DNA of 64,000 nucleotides, from the NCBI GenBank assembly GCA_040954595.2, contig CM082579.2, positions 5,693,625 through 5,757,624 on the forward strand, written 5' to 3'. Every line of letters starts with the position of its first letter. The stretch's first letter is position 1. Source of the DNA: Balanoglossus misakiensis (taxonomy: Eukaryota > Animalia > Hemichordata). A program made the position numbers and the translations under genes. The notes beneath the pieces are model-generated. The model saw only the letters and a list, made by a program, of their open reading frames with translations, ran no database searches and was not told the origin of the DNA. Positions 36,501 to 48,855 of this stretch are shown here, in pieces.

Positions 36501-39500
36501 GCAGATTGTTGTAAAACCATTAATATCACACAAATTTTCTGTCAAATTCACGCGATTCCTCTTTCTCTTTCTAAAGCACATAATTAAGAATTGACCTTCT
36601 CATGGCTGTACTTTAACTAAATATTGATGATCTCTCTTCTTTTATCCAATAAAACATTCAATGACTTCTCTCTATTTAATACCTTTTCCCGATACCACAG
36701 AGTCTTCCGCAAGAGATTCTGTTCCTGTCATCACTTGGCAGACCAATCAATATCGATATGGGAGTACTATTTGCACATCCCTGTCAATACTCAACTAGTT
36801 GTATGGAAATCACCAAAATAAGTGTGTGTGTTTTTCACACCTGCAAATAATACAATCATTGTATTTGAAGACAGTCATCGTCACACAGTCAAGTTAACAC
36901 TGGGGGTAAAAATATCCCTCTTGTTATTAACGTCAAGTGATGGAGAGAAAGAAAAGGTTAAAGATCTACACACTTGCTTCATCTTCCCACGCTTTCACGA
37001 TCACATTAATTACGAGATTTAATCAGATTCATGTTAAAGTTGAAATTCAAATGAAAGACAGAACACGTAATTATACCCTCAAATTGCCTAGATTACCTGA
37101 CTTGGAAAATGAATGGTAAATCCGAAATTTTCAGTTATATTTAATAGAAACACAGAAATTCAACTGTGAAGGGTTTTACGGGGGGGAAATGGAGAAAGTG
37201 TCGCGTGTGTTGTATATTATCCAAAGAGGGGGCATTAGCCTTGTAAAATGTTAGATCAGTAGTAAAAATATCCCTATAAACCACTGAATATGCTAAATAC
37301 TCCCAAGTAACAAGCGTTTACGAGCGAGCATAATTTAACCACGTGATCAAGCCATTTCCGGCCAAGTGGATGATTTAGCTTGCTCTCTATGAAGGGATTC
37401 CTATTCATCTGTCAAATGCCAGCTTTAAGACCAATCTCACTTTAATCTTCGTATGAAAGAGGAGTAACTCTACACAAACTCTGAATGAGCACCTGCTTTG
37501 TGAACTTTGACCTCGTACTCCTAACAAAATGGCACCAAAATTATGGAACATGATAGCCATCAACTGGGGAAATACTGTACTGAGGAGGATTACATAATAC
37601 AATAATTATAAATTATAATTTTACACTGAAGAGGGGGTGGGTGGGTAGAAGATGATGTATTGATACAGATGAGAGTCAATGTCCTCTTCCCTTCAGAGAC
37701 CTGAACTCAGGTACTGGCCGTCAAGTATATAGTTACGGCAAACTGATTTAATCACGGCATACCGAGGTCTCTCTTTCAAGTGAAAATTGCATTTCTCTCG
37801 GCGAGCATTTGCGCCGCTTTTGAAATTCTGTAATTTAAGGTTTTCCGTACGAAATGAATGATTACAAGCAATAATACAGGTCATGCACGCGTGCAGTCGC
37901 ACTGTGTATTAAAGAGAGTGTATGCACGAATTCTCAAATGAAACATACTCCACAACCATAGAAACGCATATCATCAGTCGCACCCGAAGTTACCGTAACC
38001 TATTTTTTGTCCCCTTTTCGCAGACAGAGTTCTTGAGCCAAATCGAATGAACACAGACGAACGCACAGCACTGTAAATTGGTTATTAAGGTTTGATGGAA
38101 TGTTACAGCAATTTTACGTAAAAAACCACTGGATATAACCTTTCGATAAAATATCTTTCAATTTCTCACACTAATACATCATGGGTACTTTGGGGAATCC
38201 AATTTGCCATTACCAGTCAGGATTAGTCTGTGGTCTGCCATGAAAATTTGACACGCTCAGTTTCTTACGGTGCAAATGGTAGGCTTCCTATAATCGGATT
38301 GCATTCCCCCCAAAACCCCTGTTGAGAAATACAGCACATTAGGTTAATTAATTAATTAAAAGCTTAAAACATGGCCCGTGAGTATTATTTTTTTTACCGA
38401 ACAATAAACCTTGTAAAGTACTTTTCGGGTTATTTTCAAAATATTTCTTTTTTTCCTCTTATTTGAATTATAGTCTGGAGTAAAATTGTCAACAATAACA
38501 TTGCTGGTTGTGCGAATATAGGATGACAAGCTGAATTATGGGTATGTTCACATGTTGTAGGGAGCAGAATAAAATCCTGAAAATATCATGAAAAGTTTCA
38601 TACAGCATTGTCCCTTTAACATGTTTAAGCACACAATCTTAAGAGTCTTCTTGTGTGTTTCAACCAAGCACTGTTTCTGTTGACGAACAAATTAAAGTCT
38701 CAGAATTTCACCACAACACATCAGTGGGATGTCTGAGCTGGCTAACAAACTCCAATAGACGTCTGAACTGCACCACTCCTGAAGGCCGCAGTTCCAATAC
38801 AACCTCTGATACCCAATCAGTGTGGGAAGCCCCGGGGCCAGCGATGGAATTAAACAATCCGACAAAACCGGGAAACTGCTGCAGCCTAATTTAATCGGGA
38901 GTGAGGGCATTATACAGTCACCCAAACAAAAACAGCGACAGTTACCATGGAAAGTTGAGATATACCCAATCACAGATTTTCAGTGGGTTGCCACGCGAAT
39001 GATCATTTACAGACACACCATTTTGAACATCCATATATGGGTTTTGTTCTTTTATGCTTACTCCTTGTCTGGCTTGATCACAAGAAAACATACATGTTTT
39101 TTTTAAAGTCAATCTGACCAGATGACACGATTTACGCATCAACAATTTTAACAAGGTGTGAAAATGCCATGCTTGTTTTGAGGCAAAAACATCTGATCTG
39201 CTCAAAATTCTCCTTCTGACACTTTTTTCTGCAAATCAAATATTTATGAAATGATGATTGGCCAGTTGCGTTGTATCAACAACATGCAGAAAATGTCACC
39301 GAGTTCATTCCTTGGACAGGGCTAATTGAACAGAGACAAGAGGTTCCGGTCATCCTGCATTGGTATTGAAAACTAAAATTGCTCTCGAAGAGCCAAACAG
39401 AAGAAGAAAGAAAAACACTTTGAAGTCATTTGCATTATACCGTAGCTCCCTCAAAACAAACATCTCAGCTTCAACTTTGACATTTCAGAATTCAGTCTTT

Positions 39501-40757
39501 TTTTGTTCGAAGCTCAGGAGATGGTCTGTGCAGAGATAATCACCAGATCGACAAATTGAGAATTTGCCAGTGAAAAATTATTGAATATTAAATTTATGGG
39601 CGATAAAATAGGCTTCACAGGCCAATTTCAGTTTTTCATTACATTTTAGGAGTTTCCCTCTATTTTCTCAGCCGAGAGAGTGTTCTGATTTACAATACTT
39701 CAATCAAGCAATTTGATCCATTTATTCTTGCCAATCATAAATTTTGCACCAGGCAGTTTATGAAGTAACAGACATAGTTTTATCAGTCGTTGGTTTAATG
39801 ATTTTTTCCCCTCCCCTTATCTTGCAATGGCATCTCTCTCAATCAGCTGGCCCCTGACACACACAAGTCTGGCTCACGGAATGAATTTGTCCGCTTCAAA
39901 ATGGCGACTTATTGCTTTTTTGTTATCTGCCGCAGTGAAATTCTCCGATCTAGAGATTATGAAGCAAAATATCAGGTAACACACGAGTAATAATTTAATG
40001 TGCTGCGTGTATGAATTTTGAATGATATGGGAATCTGAACGAAAAATCTCAGTTTTTTTAAAAGTGAACAAATTTCATTCCATATGCAAAACTTTCCTTC
40101 CTAACTATCATTAGAAAACTCTAACTTTTATTAATTTCTGTTTCCATATATAGTGATTGGATAGAGAGAGCTTTATGATTTAAATATTCAGTATTCTCCC
40201 CAGAGCCATTGAAGAATATTGGTCTTGTTATTGCATTGGTGGTGTTTCCAAGTGTACTGACTTCAGTTAATATTCTTTTTAGGTTTGTTTGGTACAAAAC
40301 ATCCAAATTTCAACTTACTACGACCCACACTCATGTCCAGAAAGTTTACAGAGCATGTGTTTCCTGCTATGACAATGCGATTATAGCTGGTTTGTGGGAT
40401 AGATGTTTCATTGATGGAGCACAGTCCCAGCATGTTCACAGAAGAATGCCGCAAAGCTGGTTAAGCTCGCTTAATGCAGACAGGAACCACAGTCAGCAAA
40501 CGGAAAGATAAATAGGAATTAAACTGAAGCAACTGTGGTATGATTTCAAATAAACAATCCTGTGGACAAGAGTGGTAACTTATATGCATGAAAAAAATAT
40601 TTCAAAACATCAGCAACCCAGAGCTCAGCATCCCTGGATCAGGGCTGTCTAATCCGTGACCAGGGACTGCACTGCAACTTTAAAAAAAGAAAACAGGAAA
40701 TCACTTACCTATCACTTGGACTTCGTGATCATTGTACTTGCTCCAGTCAGTAGCCAT
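3473..40757 (-). CDS. APBB2: Fe65/APBB-family adaptor (APBB2-like; WW-PTB1-PTB2), spliced CDS join of complement(40709..40757, 27376..28766, 16653..16808, 16339..16491, 16054..16181, [12814..12819 optional], 8341..8603, 5837..5923, 4292..4404, 4051..4118, 3734..3911, 3473..3592); 901 aa, or 903 aa with the microexon
   Basis: All introns are GT-AG and the exon phases chain without a frameshift (2706 nt = 902 codons including the stop). Recognisable Fe65-family motifs: [19 protein letters not shown] (WW), [53 protein letters not shown]|[15 protein letters not shown] (PTB1), [36 protein letters not shown] (PTB2). The paralog label APBB2 rests on remembered motif similarity; the gene may be a single pro-ortholog of APBB1/2/3. 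Confidence 0.93.
3734..3911 (-). CDS. APBB2: PTB2 exon d ([44 protein letters not shown]...GQDNK)
   Basis: Acceptor cctttctag|A, donor AAG|gtaagg, 178 nt, phase 2/0. Lies within ORF 3695..3928. Confidence 0.94.
4051..4118 (-). CDS. APBB2: PTB2 exon c ([22 protein letters not shown] + AG)
   Basis: Acceptor ttttttgacag|ACA, donor CAG|gtaaaa, 68 nt, phase 0/2. RVRFLSFL is the Fe65 PTB2 signature. Confidence 0.93.
4292..4404 (-). CDS. APBB2: PTB2 exon b ([11 protein letters not shown]...[14 protein letters not shown])
   Basis: Acceptor tttctttttccag|GA, donor AAG|gtatct, 113 nt, phase 1/0. Confidence 0.9.
5837..5923 (-). CDS. APBB2: PTB2 exon a ([28 protein letters not shown])
   Basis: Acceptor tttttctctcttcag|TC, donor G|gtgagt, 87 nt, phase 1/1. 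Matches the Fe65 V(D/E)FPxPK..YYLG segment. Confidence 0.92.
7196..7275. repeat. (TG)n microsatellite with degenerate alternating purine-pyrimidine flanks
   Basis: About 10 uninterrupted GT units at 7224-7244, inside tgcgtatgtacatgtacatgtatg...tgtgcatgcata. Confidence 0.85.
8341..8603 (-). CDS. APBB2: PTB1 exon c plus linker ([45 protein letters not shown]...LPTQ)
   Basis: Acceptor ctttcag|G GAT, donor CAAG|gtaggt, 263 nt, phase 2/1. The 3' part corresponds to ORF 8294..8485. Confidence 0.93.
12814..12819 (-). CDS. APBB2: 6-nt microexon GGAAAG in PTB1 (GR-DFAY becomes GRER-DFAY)
   Basis: The minus strand reads tactaac...tctttctatcccttctccttcttcttcctcctgccgtcatgtataacacag|GGAAAG|gtaaac. AG+GGAAAG+G GAT gives AGG GAA AGG GAT (R-E-R-D), matching the known vertebrate Fe65 neural microexon isoform. 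Confidence 0.85.
12820..12886 (-). promoter_or_regulatory. Microexon 3' splice-site region: branch point TACTAAC (12880-12886), displaced polypyrimidine tract (about 12840-12870), UGC motif (12837-12839)
   Basis: Read directly from the sequence. The layout matches that described for SRRM3/4 (eMIC)-dependent microexons. Confidence 0.7.
16054..16181 (-). CDS. APBB2: PTB1 exon b ([10 protein letters not shown]...[11 protein letters not shown] + AG)
   Basis: Acceptor ctttatccag|GGC, donor AG|gtgaga, 128 nt, phase 0/2. Absent from the ORF track and translated by hand. Confidence 0.95.
16339..16491 (-). CDS. APBB2: PTB1 exon a ([14 protein letters not shown]...[10 protein letters not shown])
   Basis: Acceptor ttttccgtggcag|GCT, donor GAG|gtaagt, 153 nt. 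Highly conserved PTB1 N-terminal sequence. Confidence 0.95.
16653..16808 (-). CDS. APBB2: Exon for the WW-PTB1 linker (NYSHLHVG...[17 protein letters not shown]...AGRK)
   Basis: Acceptor ctttacag|AAC, donor AAG|gtactg, 156 nt, phase 0/0. Carries the APBB-type LKxFxxxTLRYASL motif. Confidence 0.88.
27241..27310. repeat. Hairpin element, probably of the same palindromic family
   Basis: Perfect 10-bp inverted pair cgttcaaccc / gggttgaacg around taattgaaatttatt, with an outer aaccctgt / acagagtt pair. Confidence 0.5.
27376..28766 (-). CDS. APBB2: Large 1391-nt exon: acidic, Tyr-rich disordered N-terminal region plus WW domain (WW about 27442-27528)
   Basis: Lies within the 515-aa ORF 27265..28812. 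Acceptor tcttcttgtcttcatccacag|CC, donor CAG|gtgagg. Contains a poly-Glu acidic cluster as in Fe65 and the WW consensus [29 protein letters not shown]. Confidence 0.93.
28232..28310 (-). repeat. Coding (GAG/GAA/GAC) low-complexity repeat encoding the Glu/Asp cluster
   Basis: Encodes [26 protein letters not shown]. Confidence 0.85.
38566..38619 (-). repeat. Partial copy of the TTAAAGGGACA-ended MITE family
   Basis: The reverse complement ttaaagggacaatgctgtatgaaacttttcatgatattttcaggattttattctg aligns by eye with 54669-54721. Confidence 0.45.
40709..40757 (-). CDS. APBB2: First coding exon portion, [16 protein letters not shown] + G (phase 1)
   Basis: Good start context (ccaagATGG), an in-frame upstream TAG at 40782-40784 and a strong donor G|gtaagt. 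The phase-1 end matches the CC overhang of the next exon (G+CC = Ala). Confidence 0.78.
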
Positions 40758-40894
40758 CTTGGAATGTAGAAAAAAAGCCCCCTAATCTAATAAAGATCTC
40801 AATGCAGCAGGTTCACTGGCCTACGACTACGATGCGCTGCCTACTGCAGTCTGAGAGTTGGGCCAGGATTGGCTACCTCGCGTCTTGTTGTCTC
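40758..40894 (-). other. 5'-UTR part of the ATG-containing exon
   Basis: A strong acceptor (tttctgtttctccctgcag|GAGA) lies at 40895-40896 and there is no ATG before 40757. This implies at least one further non-coding exon upstream. Confidence 0.62.
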
Positions 40895-43800
40895 CTGCAG
40901 GGAGAAACAGAAATAGACACAGATTTGTTATTTTTTTTCTCTCTCTCTCTCTTCTGTTCTTAAAGTGATCGCGAAGCGCACTTTGCAGAGGTTGCTGAAC
41001 AAGCTAATGGCTGTATGATGGCTTAGAAAAGAAGAAGTCCTGGTTTTTCCTTCAGGGCATCGGAGATGGGCAGTCGGCAATGCAACGAGCACGTATGTCG
41101 GATTAGTAACATTCAAACATGTGCAACCTTTACACATGAAAGGAATTAGTTCCCAGCATGAGGGAGGGGACCTCCATGTGCTCTGGAATTATCCGGGCAC
41201 CGGTGATACCCTTTCCCATGCATTGGCGAGATGGAGATGGAGAGAGGAGGAGGTGGGATATCGCAGCCAGCATCTCCAGGGAGAGAGGCGGCGGTTTGAT
41301 GTAAACCTGAAAACTGCTTGATTTTCTTTCCTGACGAACTCAGCTGAACCAAGGTGTGACAGGCCAGCTGGAAATTGGAAAACTGTATGCAACGGAAGCG
41401 TACGCTGGAATTTTTTGTCCTTTTAAATTTACCGCATTAGTGCCGGAGAAATGATTTTTACTAAAACTGTGCAGGAAGTGCCTGGTCAAAGAACGCAAAG
41501 TGCTCGGGTCGAAAAATAATGAGGGATTGGTGTAGTTTCAAAATTGTGATCGGAAAAGTGCAAGGGAAACAGATTTTATTCAATGAATTGGCCACCGCTG
41601 ATCACTTGGAAATCCGCTAGGCAGTAAGGATCAACTAAACGTACATGTACTAGCTAACAAATGGATAGATACATATAAATATTTCAGCTTGATAATCATG
41701 ACTGCCATAAAGCACATAGAACACATCACCATTTTAATTTAACTCATAGTAAACTTCACACATGATGAACTGGAAGAGTACATGTACATTTGTACTGAAA
41801 GTTGTCGCATAAATACGTAATAGTCTGCACAGTGCCACTTGAACAATTGGGACATCGAGTACGTACACCATTTCCCTGCAAAGTTCACTCCAAAAATATG
41901 CGCCTATTTTTTTCTTAACACAATTCCTGTGTGTACAGAGAAAGTTCGTATTACACACTGCACAGCGACATTTGAACAATTTAATTTCAGAACACAATTC
42001 CCATGCGTGGAGAGAAAGTTCACATTTCAGCCTATGTATAGACAGTGACAGGTGAGACGGTAGACCCCGCTGTGTTTGTGTTATGGTGAGGATAGCAAGC
42101 AGACCTTCTAACAGATTGATACACATACACAAACACTTGAAAAGCACAAGTGTTGTTGGTATGTCCTGTGTTTGTACATCGTCCCAGCTTGTTTGAGGGT
42201 TTGGCACAACAGATGGGAATGCTAATAGTTCTTTGGGATTACAGCACTGATGCGGCCCTCCACCCCTGCTGGGTCCCTATTTACTCTGGCTCATTTGGTA
42301 ATTAACGTCTTAATTACAAACAAATTAGGAGCAATCTGAGCGGAAAATTAATTTAACCCCTGTGTGAGTGCCTAAACCATGAGGGCTGCCATGGTGGTCT
42401 GGGAAGGAAGGTGGTGAATGTTTGTATCCTGGAGGTTAGAGATAACGGTACACAAACTGATAAAATTTAACAGATTGTTTTTTGTGTCTTATGAGTCACA
42501 GAAGTCAATTATTCCTAGGGCCACATGAGGACCGGGGGTTTTGTTAAAGATCAAATTGGCTCAAAATTCCAGGATTTCCCATGGTTTTCCAGGAGTATTG
42601 AAAATCAAAATGCAATCCCCCAAGTGATTACATGCAGTATTTTGAAAATTGACATTTTATGGCAATACATGTAATGATACATGTGTATGTGTGCAGCAGA
42701 ATCAATTTTTCAGGACTTTCCTGGGGTAAATTTCACTTTTCAAGGATTTTTAAGAACTTCCCAATAGGTGGTTTCAAGTTCAAGATTCAGTAGCAGTTCA
42801 ACAGAAACCAATATGTATACAAAGCACTTTCTTTAATAGTCCCTTGCAATATTATCACATGAACAGGGACACAGCCTAGATATGTTAAAGTTGCCAGAAC
42901 ACTTTTTTCCAGAACTGAAGCCACATTTCAATATTTCCCACCAGTATTTGGTTTCAACAGTCTTTCTATCAATCTTCACCAAATATGAAACCTTGTAAAC
43001 TGCAAAATTTCAGCGCATCTGTTATTGTGAAGAAAGACAGAAACAACCCGGCTTGTGTCAAGCGCACATGCACAGTAACACTGTGAGAAGAACCAGTGCA
43101 GGCATAGATGGTAGGGTTTCCTTGGCTTCAGAAGCCATTGGTGACAGCCAAAAGACACGTGGGTTCATTTCAGGATCTAATTTCTCCTTCTTTGATAACA
43201 GTACTGATGGTTCTTCTCACATAAACTGAGGTCCAACCCTCTGACAGGGATCATACGAAAAATTGCACATTCAAGTCAAACGTATCATTCCTTAACATCC
43301 ACTGGGCTCTCCAGAATGTCACCCCTGAACCAGGTCAGCAATAGGCCTCTAATGTGCATGTGTGTTCATCATAGAGGCAAATTCTGTACCTTCTAACATG
43401 TACCTGAATATTAGAGCAGAAACTGCTTCGGGCTCAGTAAAGTACGTTCCACGGAAGGTGACTCTTAAAGACCGTTCCCACATTCAGAACAGCACCAAGC
43501 CTGCCCGACAGCCAGCTTTAGCCAATCCCAAGGCCACACTTTACTCCCAAGCACAAAAAATTAAATCAACTGTTTACTTTGTAACAATTGCGTGATTGTG
43601 TGTACCCTTTAACAAGATACAAATGGGGAGGGAAAATAAACACCCCACTTGTGGCTTTCACTACGCGCATACAAACAATCGCAGACTTTTTTTTTCAAAA
43701 CAGTCAAAAGGTCTGCCATCTTGAGGCACTACCGATCGACTGGAGGCCGTCACCACAATGTAAACTTTAGTGTGTGGAAGAATGCAGTGGGCCAGACCAG

Positions 43801-44776
43801 CCACACAGTTATGCGCCGTCTCAGTTTTCCTTTAAGTGAATGTTTGGGCAGGGTTGTTGGGGCTGCCGTGATGCGGTTGACAAGAGCCGGAACCATTTAG
43901 ACCCCATTTGAAGGGAAATTCTCTCTGCTTGTACAAGTGCTGCCAATGTAAACACTTCAAACCATCAACAAATTCCCACTGTTGCCTAAGAGTATACATC
44001 AACAAGATCAGCTTTGGTTTCTTGCCCAGTCGGTCTTGATTGAATCATTCTTGAGTACCAGGTAATATTAATTTTTCGAATACAAATGTACGATTATGAA
44101 TGATAAACAAAGTCTTTTACAGTGCTATTGCTGACCCTGTACACTGGCATCTGTATACAACAGGGAAGTTACCACACCAATGTAACAAAACTACAGTTCT
44201 GTGAAGGAGCCTATAGCCCAGGGGCAAGGCTGAGAAGACTTCAGTCCCGAAGACTGGCATATCACAAACACTGCAGTGCTTGCCAAGTCTTTTAGAGTGA
44301 CGAATCGGCTTCCCATATTGGCTTACACTGGACAACTGCGGTGTTCAAATCACCCTAAATACCAGAACACCATCAACATTACCACATCTAACCGTACCCG
44401 ATTACCTCAGAATGAAATAATCCCACTTGTGCCAGGTGACCCCTTTATTTCAAAACCAACCCTGCGAGGCTGGCACAGTCGAGAGTTCAGGGTATCTGTG
44501 ACCAATAATTGTGGCGTTACTTTGCCAGTTTTGTTTTCTCAGGTGCAGTGTTTACAACTGTCTAAAGTCACTAGAATAACACCAATCACAGTAAACATTT
44601 ACCCTCACAGATACTTTTTTTCCAATTTCTTACAAGCTAGCTTTGTTTCGTGCCAAAACTGTTTGTAACCATATCACACATTAGCCAAGGAATACATCTC
44701 AGCAGTATTTTCATCAAAGAACTGATGCAGTTGCTTGACCAATGTACTGGTAAACGATGAAATTAAAGAAAGTATT

Positions 44777-44804
44777 GATACATCACAGAAGATACATCAC
44801 AGAA
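44777..44804. repeat. 14-bp tandem duplication (gatacatcacagaa)x2
   Basis: Exact direct tandem repeat. Confidence 0.85.
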
Positions 44805-47800
44805 CAAAATGTACATGAACCGAAGTTTGTAATGTAAGTGATCATTGATAAAATCGGTCCTGTTTATCCAATATTCTATGCATGTGCTGAGGGAACGTAC
44901 AGCAGCGATCACATTACTCTTCAAAAAGAACCATACGTCTGGTGTTACATAGTGCTATGGTCTGTTGGTCAATGGCCCTACAGGCGATGGCAAATGAGTT
45001 TCTGAGTGGAACTGCAGTATCCACTCATGATGTGGAATCCATACATGTATATACTTCTAAACCTATGTTTCGGGTATTTTTTGTGCCACTTTCTGACCCC
45101 TCAGGCATATATAATATGACTGAAAACATTGTCTAGTTGTGGTTTGACTGAAATGAGGCCCTTGTCTGTACCTAATCCCTGAAACTGCCACCCACCACCT
45201 CTAAGCCAAACAGATAGAGAAACAGGTCCAACTCGGGCAACTAACCATAATTATATACCAATTAATGGCGTTTATCCACAGATAGCAGTGTTACACAGGT
45301 TTTATCCGAGAGGGCATTATTGAACTGTAACACCCACAAGAAATACATCAATAATGTCACAGTAATATCAATATATTGATACACCACACGCAAAGGTTAC
45401 ATCAATAAATAATACACACGCAGGACAAGCTTTGTGGCAGAGCTGTGATTGAAACGATCGGAATCTTAAAAGTGCAATGTATTCTTGCAAACAGTTATAG
45501 CCCGTGTCAGACATTTATGATTTTCAAAGGAAAGTGATTTATATGGTAATATACATGATCCTGAAATGAGTTGCACCGGATAGCCTGCAGCTATCACATT
45601 CTGATATGATTGGCCGGCTCAGCTACCGTGCCAGATGTTTATGGGAAAATACTTAAAATATATTACCAGTAATGAATTGTGCATACATGAGTGTGTGTGT
45701 GTATGTCTGTCTGTCTTCTGTGTTTGTCTGCATGTCTCTATGAGTACATGTTATATATGCACATCTGAGTACCTTGCCAAACTTATACATGTACCAGTAT
45801 GTGGTGTTTATAAAATGAAACTGATCGCCATCATCTTCTATGTATGCAAACCTGGTTTGGGAAACTTTGAGTCAATTTTACAAACTGCTAATGTCTCTTT
45901 GCCATTGTATTTTTCCATAAATGAACAAGTTTCTTGTACCATGATAAGTTTTTGGTGTCAGTGACGGGTTCATACGGGTTCAGAGAGAACATGGTGGCCC
46001 TGCAGGTTGTGTCTCAGATGTTTATCCAGGATTGGCTTTTACACAGGTTTCCCTGCAATATTAAAGAACCTGAAATGATTACTGGCCAACGTTCCAGTTC
46101 CTGACACCCTGATAAACGCATGTAATTGCATTTTGACCACACTCGCAATGATTTACGTCTCAGCATCACCAAAACACACAATGCACAGGACACCTGTGCA
46201 TGCAGTCAGTGACTAACAGATAATCCCCACACAGCTGCACTTCGCTGGACTAAGCCCTTATTTCCAGCAGAAAAAAACAGGAAATTCTCAGAGCAATTTG
46301 TTGCTCGGCTTAAAGCTTCTGCATCATCACTTCCAAGATTAATTTCACCGAAACAAAGAGTTCAGGGCCTTGTTTCCAAGAAAATCAATGTTTTTAACAG
46401 TTTGCCCTGAGGGTTAACCCTGAGCTTGACAGTACAAGTAACTGAATGCACAGATCTGGGTATCAATACAAAACAAACCAAATCAAGAAACGATAGCAAA
46501 ACCACACAAACCTTGAAACTGCAGGCTTTTTTGTCAGTGTACCTCTTGTATCCTACTGACTCGTAATCCATCAAACAGATGGTAAACAAAATGGTACCAA
46601 AGTAGAGGAAGATTATTGTGCCTAATGATGAGAGAAAAAAGGCTCAAACAACCCAAGCCATGGGAAGATAGCGGGCAAACACTGGTTTTGTGACCGAGTG
46701 TACTGACTACTAACTACACATACACACACGCTGGGGTCATGGAGAGTCTAGATGTCACCACCCTTCTGGTTGGATACCACTGTTTTATAAACACGTACCG
46801 GGTCTCCACACACTGCCCGGTCTCTGCTGGGGTCAATGCCCTCCGCTCCGACGAAAAGGGACCCGGCTCCAACAACATCAAATCTGAACCAAAGATCAAC
46901 ATGTTAAAGATTGGCACAATTGGTACTAAACAAGATGACATGTTGTAGGGTCTTGATTTCTTTTATGCTCTTTAAGTGTAGTACCATACCGCAAAACGAA
47001 TCTAATTAGAAACCATATCCATCTAACAAAATATGAATCGACTCTAGACTAACAATAACAACATGCATACAAAGAAAAATTTCACGTCTAATTTGAAACT
47101 GTTGGTTGGCTATGTGACTGTTTCTACGGCTGGTTTCAAAGACACACAAAAAATGCCATCATATTATGTGACCAAATCATCACCAGCAAATAAAGGCAGC
47201 AATGATAGACTCCATTTTATCGAACCCGAACATCTACGAGGAAATACTGCAGACACCAAACCTTCCCCCTGGAAGCAACCAACCGTCTGCATCGATTCAA
47301 CAAACTCCGGCATATTTCCTGAACACACAGAGCGCAGCAAAGTGTCTGTTCAGATGACCTCCTTGCACATTCAAGCACTTTAATGGACCCGCTCGAGTTT
47401 CCTCGAGCCTGGACAAAATCAAATTTGCTCAGAGAGATGTGCTGGGGAAGCTATTACTGGCATTACCAATTCATGATATGATGGCTGGGGTTCATTAGCA
47501 TAGCCGTCACCTAGACACCTTGTCTGTTAAACACACTGTTGTTGTCCGGTCTTTGGTGCCAAGGTGACTCTGCCTCAGTAAGCTGAATTATCTCATACTA
47601 CATGTAGTATCATATCTGTGGTGTGTGTATTGTGTGTGTGCATCAGCTAACCCCACCTCCCGAATCTCCCAAATGATTCAAGCACTGGCCAGGAGACTTA
47701 ACATTCTGTGCCTCGACAGTGATACACACATTGAGATCAATTGAATGAAACATGCGCCGAAAAAAACACAATTAATTCTCGCCAGTAAATCTAACTAGAG

Positions 47801-48752
47801 CGAAGTGAATCAAATCTGTGTCAAGGGTCAAGTTGACGTCAATGTCACACTGACAACTATCTGATGCACGTACGTCCCGCCGAGACATCCCCATTTGACA
47901 TTTCAGCTACACTGCCGCAAAATGCCAGCCCTTTCAAAATTAAGCCACTCTTTCAATCAATGCACTTCGTAGCAACAGAATCCCACGTTCCGTATACGTA
48001 CATCTGGGTATTAAATGTGGTCGCTATAGCCTCTTGAGCGAATGCGCAGTATTTTCTCTTATCTAAACATAAAGACATGGAAATCCATTTCAGTTTGAAT
48101 GAAAGGCCTAACACGTACAATCTGCCCTGTGATATACATTGACGCTAGGAGATGATTTGGGTCTGACGTGTCAGGTTTTTCCGTGCTTGGGTACTTCAGA
48201 AATCGGATTTGCGATTCAAATGAATGCAGTGCTGAATACAATTGCTGAAGCATGTTTATCCCGGGGAGTTGAAATTTTTCCATGGAACTCTAGAAAATCG
48301 TCAGTCGGCAATAACTGTTCACTTCTGGAGGATAGTCAAATTTATTGAGCAAACTAAAAGCTACATATTGTGTAGCTAGCAAGCGAGCAATCAAAGCACA
48401 ATCTACATTAATGAGCACACAGCGAACACGGCGGATGACTGTGCCTCTATCAACCTCAAAGTACAAAGTCATTCACAAACATCTTCTAACAAACAAGACA
48501 GAAGATGTCAAGTAGGTAGGCTACTTCAAACAACGGCAATATTGGCCCCCATCCAGATGCCTGTATCTCTTTTTTCTTTTATACTTCAATTACACCGCGT
48601 ATCATTTATACAAAACGCGCAAAATTGGTGGCATTCGTACACTCTGCAGTGCACCTGATCAAACAGACGTTGGATTGGAAATTACAGAGACATGATTGAT
48701 TGTGATATCCACGGGTCCGATATCTCAAACAGGGCAGTCCAGATGGTTCACA

Positions 48753-48855
48753 ATTCAACACCTCCCCCCCCCTCCCTCTCACTAAGATCTTGGACTGACC
48801 CTATTGTTTCGATGGGGCGGCTGAATCCACAATACAGAGAAACAGGGGTTAAGGG
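48753..48855. repeat. Degenerate copy of the short palindromic element
   Basis: tggactgaccctattgtttcgatgggg...acagagaaacaggggttaaggg resembles the core and right arm of 2214-2318 and 973-1042. Confidence 0.4.
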